Below, piece after piece: positions 52,397 to 60,331 of a stretch of 64,000 nt of DNA. The stretch comes from an uncultured Eubacteriales bacterium (GTDB lineage Bacteria; Actinomycetota; Coriobacteriia; Anaerosomatales; JAAXUF01). Every line of letters starts with the position of its first letter. Within the stretch, counting starts at the first letter, position 1. The stretch covers positions 1,459 through 65,458 of the forward strand of contig CAYMAN010000010.1 in NCBI GenBank assembly GCA_964388455.1, read 5' to 3'. The position numbers were made by a program, and so were the translations under genes. A model generated the notes under the pieces. The model worked only from the letters and a program-made list of their open reading frames with translations. It had not been told where the DNA came from and ran no database searches.

Positions 52397-52415
52397 CCAC
52401 AAGGAGATGGTGACC

Positions 52416-52766
52416 ATGAAGTACCTGTTCATCCTGAACGACCCGCCCTACGGCACGGAGCGTTCGTACAACGGACTGCGCCTCGCCGACAAGCTCATGA
52501 AGACCGACGAGGCCGCCGAGGTCACCGTGTTTCTGATGGCTGATGCCGTCGGTTGCGCCAAGACCGGCCAGAAGACCCCCGACGGCTTCTACAACCTCGA
52601 GCGCATGCTCAAGCCGATTCTGCGCAAGGGCGAGGTACTCCTCTGCGGAACCTGCATGGACGCACGTGGGCTCGCGGAAAGCGAACTCATGGAGGGCGCA
52701 CGCCGAAGCTCGATGGTGGAGCTGACCGAGCGCACGATGGCCGCCGACAAGGTGCTGGTGTTCTAG
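52416..52766 (+). CDS. DsrE/DsrF-like sulfur-relay family protein
   Basis: 116 aa. MKYLFILNDPPYGTERSYNGLRLA...VFLMADAV.CA...CGTCMDARG is typical of the small DsrE-family clade. AAGGAG SD 9 nt upstream. Confidence 0.75.
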   Translation: MKYLFILNDPPYGTERSYNGLRLADKLMKTDEAAEVTVFLMADAVGCAKTGQKTPDGFYNLERMLKPILRKGEVLLCGTCMDARGLAESELMEGARRSSMVELTERTMAADKVLVF

Positions 52767-53734
52767 TGAAGTTCTCGCCGTTCAACTTCCAAGCCCCCCT
52801 GGCCGCAGGGGGTATCACTCTCATGGCCTTCAACTGGCTGCAGTTCGCGATACCTAATGGAGCCGGATCCGTGAAGCTGTCAGACATCCACTGGGCGAGC
52901 CTGTCTCCGACCCAGACTGGCCTCTACGGTCTTCTGGTCGGGCTCATGCTCGTGCTGACCACGTTGAACCTGCTGCTCACGGCGGTCTTCTTGAAAGACC
53001 TGGCGCAGTGGGTCGCCGCCGGAGAGGGCTATCGCGAGTTCATGAGCGGCCCGCCCTCTAGGATCACGGGCATCTTCGTGCCCATCGCCTCTTTGGCCAT
53101 GACCATGGCTGTGGTCTTCGCGTCGGCGCCGTTCTTCGTCCCGGCAGTGGCGGCCAATGTGCAGGCGATGGTGCTCCCGGGCACGATCCTCTTTGCGGCT
53201 CTCTTGCTGACAGCGTTCTGGCTTGAGGCCCGGGTCATCAGACTCTTGGCTGGTCAGCCCTTGGAGACAGCCAAGCTGAACTTCGTCTGGCTCCTCGATG
53301 TCTTCGCCTTTGGCCTGTTGGCCTTGGCAGGGACGGGCCTAGCCTCCTTGGCAGGCAATCGAGGAATCGCGTCGACGACTGCGTTCGCATCGACGCTGGT
53401 GCTGGGCGTAGGGACTCTCCTGCTGGTGGGCAAGCTGGCTCTCCTGATCTACACCCAGGTGAAGTCCCGCACGTTGCCGGAGAACCAGCTGATGCCGGCA
53501 TTCTTCTTGGTGGTGCCGATCACGTGCCTGTACGGCATCAGCTACTACAGGATCACGCTCCTGGCGCAGAAGTGGTTCGCGCTGGAGGTGAAAGCGCCTT
53601 CGTATGCTCTGATCACGGCCGGATACATCGTGGCTGTTGCCTGGGCCTTGGTCACGGTGTACCTGCTCAGGAACTACTTCAGGCACTACTTCCGAACGAG
53701 CGAGTACTTCCCGACTCAGTGGGCCATGGTTTGA
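52766..53734 (+). CDS. Polytopic membrane protein (about 9-10 TM helices; tentatively TehA/TDT-like transporter) interrupted by an in-frame TGA
   Basis: GTG start overlaps the DsrE stop (TAGTG). The hydrophobic ORF ends ..YFPTQWAMV* at 53732-53734, but the same frame continues for 52 codons with another TM-like helix (ALVGSQVLGAFLYGRYY...VVLAAVVYAIVF..) to the TAG at 53891-53893. Confidence 0.5.
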   Translation: MKFSPFNFQAPLAAGGITLMAFNWLQFAIPNGAGSVKLSDIHWASLSPTQTGLYGLLVGLMLVLTTLNLLLTAVFLKDLAQWVAAGEGYREFMSGPPSRITGIFVPIASLAMTMAVVFASAPFFVPAVAANVQAMVLPGTILFAALLLTAFWLEARVIRLLAGQPLETAKLNFVWLLDVFAFGLLALAGTGLASLAGNRGIASTTAFASTLVLGVGTLLLVGKLALLIYTQVKSRTLPENQLMPAFFLVVPITCLYGISYYRITLLAQKWFALEVKAPSYALITAGYIVAVAWALVTVYLLRNYFRHYFRTSEYFPTQWAMV

Positions 53735-53977
53735 GCATTGGTCGGCTCCCAGGTCTTGGGAGCATTCCTGTACGGCCGCTACTACCCCAGTCCGGCCCTC
53801 TCGATCGTCAACTACGTGAGCGTCGTCTTAGCGGCAGTCGTGTACGCGATCGTGTTCAGCAAGTTCTATCAGGCGAATCGGATAACGGCGTAGCTTCGTG
53901 AGCACTCGGGCGTCCGAAGACAGCCAACCAGCCCGCAGAAGAACGTTCGACCGGCAATGACTTTGGAGGCGGTTCCA

Positions 53978-55123
53978 ATGCTTCAGGAAGACGGACTCAA
54001 GAGGCCCCAGATCTACCTGGACTACAACGCCAGTACGCCGATTGCTGCCGAGGTCCGCGAGGCGATGCTGCCCTATCTGGAGTCGGCGTATGGCAACCCC
54101 TCCAGCACGCATTGGGCGGGCCGACCGGCACGTGAGGCAGTGGAGAAGTCCAGGCAGCAGATCGCGGACCTTCTCGGCTGCGCTCTGGCCGAGATCGTCT
54201 TCACGAGCGGTGGCACGGAAGCCAACAACTACGCCCTGAAAGGCGCCTTCTATGCCAACGGCGGCAAGGGGCACTTCGTGACCACCGCGATCGAGCACCC
54301 GGCCATCATCGAGCCGCTGCGCTTCCTGGAATCCCTTGGAGCCGAGGTCACCGTGGTGCCCGTGGACTCCTTGGGCATGGTCGACCCAGCTGCAGTCGCG
54401 GCCGCCATACGCCCGGACACCGTCCTTGTGACCGTGATGCACGCCAACAACGAGGTCGGAACCATCCAGCCCATCCGAGAGATCGCGGACATCTGCCACG
54501 CGGCCGGTGTGCTGTTTCACACCGACGCGGCTCAGTCAGTGGGCAAGATCGCTACGCGAGTCGATGAGCTCGGCGTCGACCTGCTCTCGCTCGCCGGCCA
54601 CAAGTTCTACGGCCCAAAGGGCGTCGGCGTTCTCTATGTCCGCGAGGGCGTCAAGCTCGAACCGCTCATGCATGGAGCCGGGCATGAGGACGGCCGCCGT
54701 GCCGGAACCGAGAACGTACTTCTCGACGTCGGCCTCGGAGCGGCTTCGGTGCTGGCACAGGATCTCACCCCGGCCGCTCGGATGCGTGATCTGCGCGATC
54801 GCTTCTGGCTTCGCCTGTGTGAGGAGTTCGGCGACCGGGTCGTCTTGAACGGCCACCCCGAGCATCGGCTTCCGAACACGCTGAACGTGTCATTTGTCGG
54901 TCACATTGGGTCCGACATCCTTGCGGCGATGCCCGAAGTGGCGGCAACCACCGGCTCGGCATGTCACGCAGGATCAGTGAAGATGTCCCCCGTACTCGCT
55001 GCGATGCGGACGCGAGAGGATGTCGCTGCCGGAACGATCCGCCTCAGTCTTGGCCGTTCGACGACATGGCCCGATCTCGACTACGTCGTCGGTCGGCTCG
55101 CAGAAGTGCTCAGGAGCGAGTAA
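53978..55123 (+). CDS. Cysteine desulfurase (NifS/IscS-like class V aminotransferase)
   Basis: IYLDYNASTP...GNPSS.H..G...FTSGGTEANN...HANNE.G..QP...D..QS.GK...D.L..AGHKF.GPKG.G.LY and a C-terminal TGSACH active-site Cys. GGAGG SD 8 nt before the ATG at 53978; an alternative ATG is at 53957. Confidence 0.85.
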   Translation: MLQEDGLKRPQIYLDYNASTPIAAEVREAMLPYLESAYGNPSSTHWAGRPAREAVEKSRQQIADLLGCALAEIVFTSGGTEANNYALKGAFYANGGKGHFVTTAIEHPAIIEPLRFLESLGAEVTVVPVDSLGMVDPAAVAAAIRPDTVLVTVMHANNEVGTIQPIREIADICHAAGVLFHTDAAQSVGKIATRVDELGVDLLSLAGHKFYGPKGVGVLYVREGVKLEPLMHGAGHEDGRRAGTENVLLDVGLGAASVLAQDLTPAARMRDLRDRFWLRLCEEFGDRVVLNGHPEHRLPNTLNVSFVGHIGSDILAAMPEVAATTGSACHAGSVKMSPVLAAMRTREDVAAGTIRLSLGRSTTWPDLDYVVGRLAEVLRSE

Positions 55124-55125
55124 TC

Positions 55126-55899
55126 ATGCTCGACAAGCGCTACACCGAGCCAGCCGTGTTCACGCCCGAGAACCTGCTTCGCGAAGCTCGCAGACAGAAG
55201 TCCATCTCCGTAGGAGAGGTGCCGCGCGTCTGTATCCTCGATCCGGATGGAGACATCGTCGAGCATCTGGGCGAAACCGGGCGCCTCTCTGTCTCGCCGC
55301 ACTGGGCGTGCTACCACACCGTCCTCAACGAGTTCACGCACGAGGGCGCACGTTTCGGTTTCGTGGGCTGCGCCGTGGGTTCGTCCTTCGCCGTACTCGT
55401 CGCCGAGCAGCTGTTCGCATCGGGCTGCGAGCTGTTGATCAGCATCACATCGGCCGGCATTGTCGCCCAGCGCCCACCGGACGCACCCTTCATGCTCATC
55501 ACCTCGGCGCTTCGCGATGAGGGGACCAGCGTCCACTACGTGGCGGCAAGTGAGTTCAGCCGCCTCGATGACCGCCTGGAGGCGCTTCTCTCCCCCGTGC
55601 TCAGTGAAGTCGGCGTGACCAGCGGCGCAAGCTGGACCACTGATGCACCTTACCGAGAGACCGCCTCGGCTATCGAACAGGCGCGAAGCCTCGGGATCAC
55701 GTGCGTCGAGATGGAGGCGGCGGCGCTGTACGCCTTCGCCCAGGCGCGAGAGAAGCAGGTCGTCTGCCTCGCACATCTGACGAACACGATGGCGCAGGAC
55801 GAGGGCGACTTCGAGAAGGGCGAGGCGAACGGGGGCGTGGAGGCGCTGCGGGTGATTGCGGCGACCGCCGCGATAATGCGAGCAGTCAGCAGTGGCTGA
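55126..55899 (+). CDS. PNP/UDP-type nucleoside phosphorylase superfamily protein
   Basis: GCAVGSSFAVLVAEQL...ISITSAG...CVEMEAAALYAFA are typical of the phosphorylase superfamily. Starts 3 nt after the desulfurase stop. Confidence 0.6.
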   Translation: MLDKRYTEPAVFTPENLLREARRQKSISVGEVPRVCILDPDGDIVEHLGETGRLSVSPHWACYHTVLNEFTHEGARFGFVGCAVGSSFAVLVAEQLFASGCELLISITSAGIVAQRPPDAPFMLITSALRDEGTSVHYVAASEFSRLDDRLEALLSPVLSEVGVTSGASWTTDAPYRETASAIEQARSLGITCVEMEAAALYAFAQAREKQVVCLAHLTNTMAQDEGDFEKGEANGGVEALRVIAATAAIMRAVSSG

Positions 55900-56074
55900 C
55901 GCGTGGGCCGGGACGACCCTCGGCACGTTGCGGTCCTTGCAAACGTGTGCGTGCTTGTCGCCCGTCTCGTCGTTCACGAAGTCGTGCCGAGCAAAAGGGA
56001 CTACTGCTGGGGTGCAGCAGGGCGTCGACAGGCCCTCTGAGCTGCGGTTCTACCCCACGCCCGACTCTCGCCCC

Positions 56075-56286
56075 CAGACATTTGTGGCCCGATTTCGTAC
56101 TCGAAATCGGGCCACTCAGGCCTCTGGCCTGCGATAATCTGGTGCCCCCAAGGGAATTCGAATCCTGATTATGCTTGTGACTATTGGTGACTATTGGGAC
56201 TCGTTGGTACAGCGGAGCTGCGGCGAGTCCCAATAGTCACCAACGAGTACCAATGGTCACCATGTATTTGGGCACCAAATCTGGGC
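56075..56286 (-). repeat. Copy B of the tRNA-3-prime-end-like repeat family (long form, includes the trailer hairpin)
   Basis: Core 56138-56286 matches copy A. The extra 56075-56137 matches copy C and contains the hairpin GGCCCGATTTCG-TACT-CGAAATCGGGCC (56086-56113). Confidence 0.85.
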
Positions 56287-56327
56287 CTCGGCTAACCGAC
56301 TTGCCGGCTGCCGGTCCCCCGGAGCCA

Positions 56328-57242
56328 TCAGCTCTCCTGCGCCCATCCGGAGACCGGCGTCCATGACTTGCCGAAGGCGGCGCCACTGGCTGCCGCAGTG
56401 GCGGCGGGCATCACGAACATCGCGATGACGTCAGCGACCTCTTGCAGGTGCTCGGGAAGATCGCCGGTCGCTGCCGAGAACCCCCTTCGATAGGTGTCCC
56501 ACATCCGTGACGTCTCCGCCTGCCCGGTGTATTCGCTCGTGAGCTCGGCGGGTATCTCGGTGGGCAGCTCCGTGTCGCGCCGCTCGAAGGTCGCGCGCAT
56601 CGCATCCGCGAGATCCTGACCATCGAACTCCAGAGTGCGCGAAAGCATCCAGATGTCGTGATAGTCCTTCAGCCGGCTGTTGGCCAGACCGATCTCGATC
56701 ATCGCCTGGAACTTCTCGGCGATGGCGGTGGCCGGTTGGTAGGCGAGGATCCTCGGAGACTCGTCGTGCAGCAGGACCGGGTAGTCGACCCAACCCGGGT
56801 GAGGCACGACCGCGTCGTCGATCCCGACGTCGAGCCGAAGCACGAATCGCGACCCGCCCATGTCACCGGCGACCTTCACGCGGACGCCGGGGTATCGGTC
56901 CTCGACAGTGATGGGCTCGACGTGGATCTCGGATTCGAACGCGAGTCCGTCGTCGAGCGGCACCGCAAGGCACTCGGCGACGATGTCACGAATCGCCTGC
57001 GGGGAGTTGTCGACGCGTCCGAGGAAGTCGATGTCGCGGGTCGGCCGGGCGACAGCGGCATCCCACACGCGCAGCATGACGGCGCCCTTGACCACGAGCC
57101 GATCAGACCATCGGGTCTGCGACAGACGGAAGAGGAACCGCTCCATCGCGTAGTAGAGAACCGCCTGCTGGAAGTCCAGATCGAGCTCCGCTGCTCGAGT
57201 CTTAAGTCGGCGGCGTATCTCGATTGAAGTCTGGGTGCTCAC
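56328..57242 (-). CDS. abiEii: AbiEii/AbiGii-family nucleotidyltransferase toxin (type IV TA)
   Basis: ..LFRLSQTRWSDRLVVKGAVMLR....RPTRDIDFLG.. is the typical N-terminal NTase motif. 4-nt overlap with the upstream antitoxin gene. Confidence 0.8.
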   Translation of the reverse strand: MSTQTSIEIRRRLKTRAAELDLDFQQAVLYYAMERFLFRLSQTRWSDRLVVKGAVMLRVWDAAVARPTRDIDFLGRVDNSPQAIRDIVAECLAVPLDDGLAFESEIHVEPITVEDRYPGVRVKVAGDMGGSRFVLRLDVGIDDAVVPHPGWVDYPVLLHDESPRILAYQPATAIAEKFQAMIEIGLANSRLKDYHDIWMLSRTLEFDGQDLADAMRATFERRDTELPTEIPAELTSEYTGQAETSRMWDTYRRGFSAATGDLPEHLQEVADVIAMFVMPAATAAASGAAFGKSWTPVSGWAQES

Positions 57243-57853
57243 ATCAGGGCCTGGAGATAGGGCCGCATGACCTGCTCCACCCGGTCGACCTTGGCATAGC
57301 GCATCAGCTGCGCTGGCGTCGCCCGGCGAGTGCGGATCGTCTCCTGCAGTGCTTCGACGGCAACGTTCTGCCCGATGCGGTTGCGGTACTTGAAGCAGTC
57401 GGCGACGGTCTTGGCGAGATCGAAGACGCGGACGGGTGTTCCGTCCATGTCGTACTCTTCGACACCGGCCGCCATGGCCTCGGCGCTCATCGAGAACCGC
57501 TCGATACGCGGGTAGGCGATCCTCGGCGCCTTGACTCCCGTCGGCAGGGCGATCTGGACCGCCGCCGGGATCTGCGTGCCGATCCCGTGGTACTCGAGCG
57601 CGCTCACCAGGCAGAGGACGGCGCGCGGGGCACGCCTCAGAACGGCGGCCACGCTGGGGTATGGGGGCAGCGGCAACGCGGAGAGATGGTAGACCCCCCG
57701 GGACAGCGATTCGACGAGGCCTGCGTCACGCATCCAGTACAGCGTGCGCTCCTCGATGCCAGAGGACAGCGCTTCGGAGGTGCCGAGCACTCCGCCGGCG
57801 CGCTCGAATACGGCCGCCGCGCGTGCGAGCTCCATGTCCGAGGGCATTCTCAT
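57239..57853 (-). CDS. abiEi: AbiEi-family antitoxin/transcriptional regulator
   Basis: N-terminal wHTH-like ..AGGVLGTSEALSSGIEERTLYWMRDAGLVESLSRGVYHL is typical of AbiEi_4. Paired with abiEii. Confidence 0.8.
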   Translation of the reverse strand: MRMPSDMELARAAAVFERAGGVLGTSEALSSGIEERTLYWMRDAGLVESLSRGVYHLSALPLPPYPSVAAVLRRAPRAVLCLVSALEYHGIGTQIPAAVQIALPTGVKAPRIAYPRIERFSMSAEAMAAGVEEYDMDGTPVRVFDLAKTVADCFKYRNRIGQNVAVEALQETIRTRRATPAQLMRYAKVDRVEQVMRPYLQALM

Positions 57854-57914
57854 GGCATATAAGTTACCATAGTTACCAACACATGTGGTCGTTCTTATGC
57901 CAATTCACGTTGGC

Positions 57915-58140
57915 CAGAAGACAGTTGTAGCCCGGTTTCGCGTTCGAAACCGGGCTACTCAGGTCTGTGACCTGCGATAATCTGGTGCCCCCAAGGGAAT
58001 TCGAATCCCGATAGTGCTTGTGACTATTGGGACTCGTTGGGACTCGTTGGTACAGCGGAGCTGCGGCGAGTCCCAATAGGTACCAACGAGTACCAACAGT
58101 CACCATGTATTTGGGCAACAAATCGGGCAACAAATCCGGG
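57915..58140 (-). repeat. Copy C of the tRNA-3-prime-end-like repeat family (long form, with internal 10-12 nt duplications)
   Basis: Matches copy B throughout. Hairpin TAGCCCGGTTTCG-CGTT-CGAAACCGGGCTA at 57928-57957. GACTCGTTGG is duplicated and GGGCAACAAATC is duplicated. Confidence 0.85.
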
Positions 58141-58167
58141 GGTCCCCAGAGGGCTCCCTCCCGCGCC

Positions 58168-58800
58168 TCAGCCTCGCCAGTACTTGGCTCTGTATGTCTC
58201 GAGGGCAGCGCGACTGGATCGATACCGCCCGTCGGTGCCGATAATCGCCTCGAGCCGTCCGCGTCCCGCCGCTTGCTTGAGTGCCGCCAGGCTGAACTCC
58301 TCGTCGGCAAGCGCCTCGAGCGGTACGTACTTCGCGGGGCCGGCGATGTTGGGGATCAGCCGATGGAGGTTGTCGACGACCGAGCGGGCAAGGAGCTCCG
58401 CGAGCGGGCCAAGGTCATCGTGGTCGGCGCGGTCGAGTGCTTTGAGGTAGCGCCGTCGCTGCTCCTTGAAGATCACGATCGGCGGCCAGCCCAGACGCGT
58501 CAGGACGAGGTTGAGCAGCAGCCGGCCGGTGCGCCCGTTGCCGTCTATGAACGGGTGCAGCCGCTCGAAGTCGACGTGGATGCGCGCGAGAGCCTCCGGG
58601 ATATCAGCCACACCAAGCGTGCCATCGGCAAGCGCGCCGCCGAACTGATTCACCTGCTCCACCCAGGAGGCGACACCGGCCGAGATGAACGGGTGGGTCG
58701 GCGGCGTCATTCCCCCGGGGAACGGACGAATATCGTGTCGGCGGAAGCTGCCCGGGGCCTCATCAGGGTAGGCGCTCGGGTGTGGCGCGACCTCCCGCAC
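58168..58800 (-). CDS. Fic/DOC-family protein (AMPylase-type), probably N-terminally truncated
   Basis: Fic motif HPFIDGNGRTGRLLLNL. At 210 aa it lacks the usual N-terminal helical region. Confidence 0.75.
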   Translation of the reverse strand: MREVAPHPSAYPDEAPGSFRRHDIRPFPGGMTPPTHPFISAGVASWVEQVNQFGGALADGTLGVADIPEALARIHVDFERLHPFIDGNGRTGRLLLNLVLTRLGWPPIVIFKEQRRRYLKALDRADHDDLGPLAELLARSVVDNLHRLIPNIAGPAKYVPLEALADEEFSLAALKQAAGRGRLEAIIGTDGRYRSSRAALETYRAKYWRG

Positions 58801-58875
58801 CTTCTTGGGACTGTGAGTCTCAGGTCGACATCGCGTCGAAACGCGGAACGAGACCCCATTCGGGAGTCACGCTCC

Positions 58876-58910
58876 TTGACAGGAGCAGTCACCATGACTG
58901 CTCCTGTCAA
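58876..58910. promoter_or_regulatory. Perfect 16-bp inverted repeat TTGACAGGAGCAGTCA-cca-TGACTGCTCCTGTCAA (operator or bidirectional hairpin)
   Basis: Arms at 58876-58891 and 58895-58910. Lies between the DUF6448-like gene stop and the Fic gene start. No flanking T-run. Confidence 0.5.
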
Positions 58911-58948
58911 TACCTGGTCGGATTTGACTGACGCGTTTGTAGCCGCGG

Positions 58949-59527
58949 CTAGTCCTTGCGCCCCATCGAGCCGTGGTCGTGGAGCGGGTCGGATGTGATG
59001 CATTGATGCGTCTTGTGCGACCACACCTGGAAGCCAAGCATCGCCTCGACCCATTCGCGCGCCTCGACAACCGGGCCGTCTGAGTGGGCCTTCAACTTCA
59101 TCACTCGAGCGAACTTCCCGCGAATCTCATCCTCCAACGCCGAAGTCAGCATCCGAACGAGTTCCTCGACATCGCCGCTATCGATCGCACGTTCGGCCAG
59201 AGGAACGACCTGCCCGTGTCCCAGGCCCGCCGGCTTGAGCCCGGTGAATGCCGCACCTTCTCCCGCCCGATGAAGACGCACAACGGTCTCGAAGAACCAC
59301 TCTTCGGCGACCTCAACGGCCTGAGGACCGGCCGAGGAGGCCGCAACCGTCTTCTCGAACGCCATCCGTACCTCATCCTCCGCATCGGCAGGAACGTACG
59401 GCAGGACCAGGTCCACCGATGATGCGGCGAGAGCCCTCATCGCCGCCTTGACGACAGGACCGTCCTTCGAATCGCAATGTGGGGGCACAATGACCATCTC
59501 CTTCGGGAATAGACGGCTCGGCTTCAA
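58949..59527 (-). CDS. Conserved hypothetical protein (DUF6448-like)
   Basis: PPHCDSKDGPVVKAA..AL...VDLVLPYV....E.E....F......FFETVVRLHRAGEGAAFTGLKPAG resembles that family as I recall it. The start (TTG at 59527 or ATG at 59497) is uncertain. Confidence 0.5.
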   Translation of the reverse strand: MKPSRLFPKEMVIVPPHCDSKDGPVVKAAMRALAASSVDLVLPYVPADAEDEVRMAFEKTVAASSAGPQAVEVAEEWFFETVVRLHRAGEGAAFTGLKPAGLGHGQVVPLAERAIDSGDVEELVRMLTSALEDEIRGKFARVMKLKAHSDGPVVEAREWVEAMLGFQVWSHKTHQCITSDPLHDHGSMGRKD

Positions 59528-59614
59528 GGAACTAGATACCCGTGCGCGGTATTGGCTGGTCGGGCTCCGTAGACGCCTGTATCCACGGCTGCGGCGTCCG
59601 GAGTCAAGCCGGCA

Positions 59615-60331
59615 TCAGGCGAGCCACACCAGATACGCGGCTGCAACCAGCAGCCCCACTCCGCCGATCTTCGTCAGGACGCCGGTCGCGCGCGACAACT
59701 TGGTCATCATGACGAGCGATCCCGAAGCGAGTCCCAGGAGCAGCAACGGCGCGCCCTTCCCCACGCCGAATACGAAGAGGAGCGCCGCACCCTCCCTCGC
59801 TGAACCTCGACCGGCCGCGATCGTCGCAATAGCGGCTAGGATAGGGGTCGAGCACGGGGATGCGACCACGCCGAACAACATGCCGAAAGCGAAAGCACCG
59901 AGATATCCCCGGCGCTCCGGCCGCTTGACGGGCACGAGGCGGTTGATCGCATCGAACCGAAGGTTGATGGCGCCCAGCATGTGGAGTCCCAGCGCCACGC
60001 AGATCGCTGCCACGACGTAGTACGCCCAAGCACCGACGATCAGCGCGTGACCCAGCGCACCCGCAGCGGCACCCATCGAAGCGAAAAGCAGGCTCATCCC
60101 CAACACGAAGACAGCTGCAAGCGAAAGGGAGCGCGCGTACGCGTGTCCTCGCGAACCGCCGGTCCCCGCATCGCTCGCACTTCCCATGAGGTAGCCGAAC
60201 ACAGCAGGGATCATCGGCAGCACACACGGGCCAAAGCCGGCAACCAGGCCGCCGAGGAGCGCGATTCCAAACGCAGCCGGTCCGGTCACAGCACCTGCCG
60301 CGAGCTGACGTGCGAGCTCGTCCACGTTCAT
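59615..60331 (-). CDS. ccdA: Cytochrome c biogenesis / thiol-disulfide electron transporter CcdA (DsbD-core family)
   Basis: GFGPCVLPMIP and a second Cys-containing helix (SPCSTPILAA). Six TM helices. Confidence 0.85.
   Translation of the reverse strand: MNVDELARQLAAGAVTGPAAFGIALLGGLVAGFGPCVLPMIPAVFGYLMGSASDAGTGGSRGHAYARSLSLAAVFVLGMSLLFASMGAAAGALGHALIVGAWAYYVVAAICVALGLHMLGAINLRFDAINRLVPVKRPERRGYLGAFAFGMLFGVVASPCSTPILAAIATIAAGRGSAREGAALLFVFGVGKGAPLLLLGLASGSLVMMTKLSRATGVLTKIGGVGLLVAAAYLVWLA

Noticed and set aside
53732-53734. The in-frame TGA codons (also 50899-50901) as selenocysteine or an alternative genetic code.
   Set aside because: TGA is used as the ordinary stop in many well-supported genes here, including the ATGA/GTGA coupled junctions of the cbi operon. 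No SECIS-like hairpin follows. Nonsense mutation of TGG is the simpler explanation.
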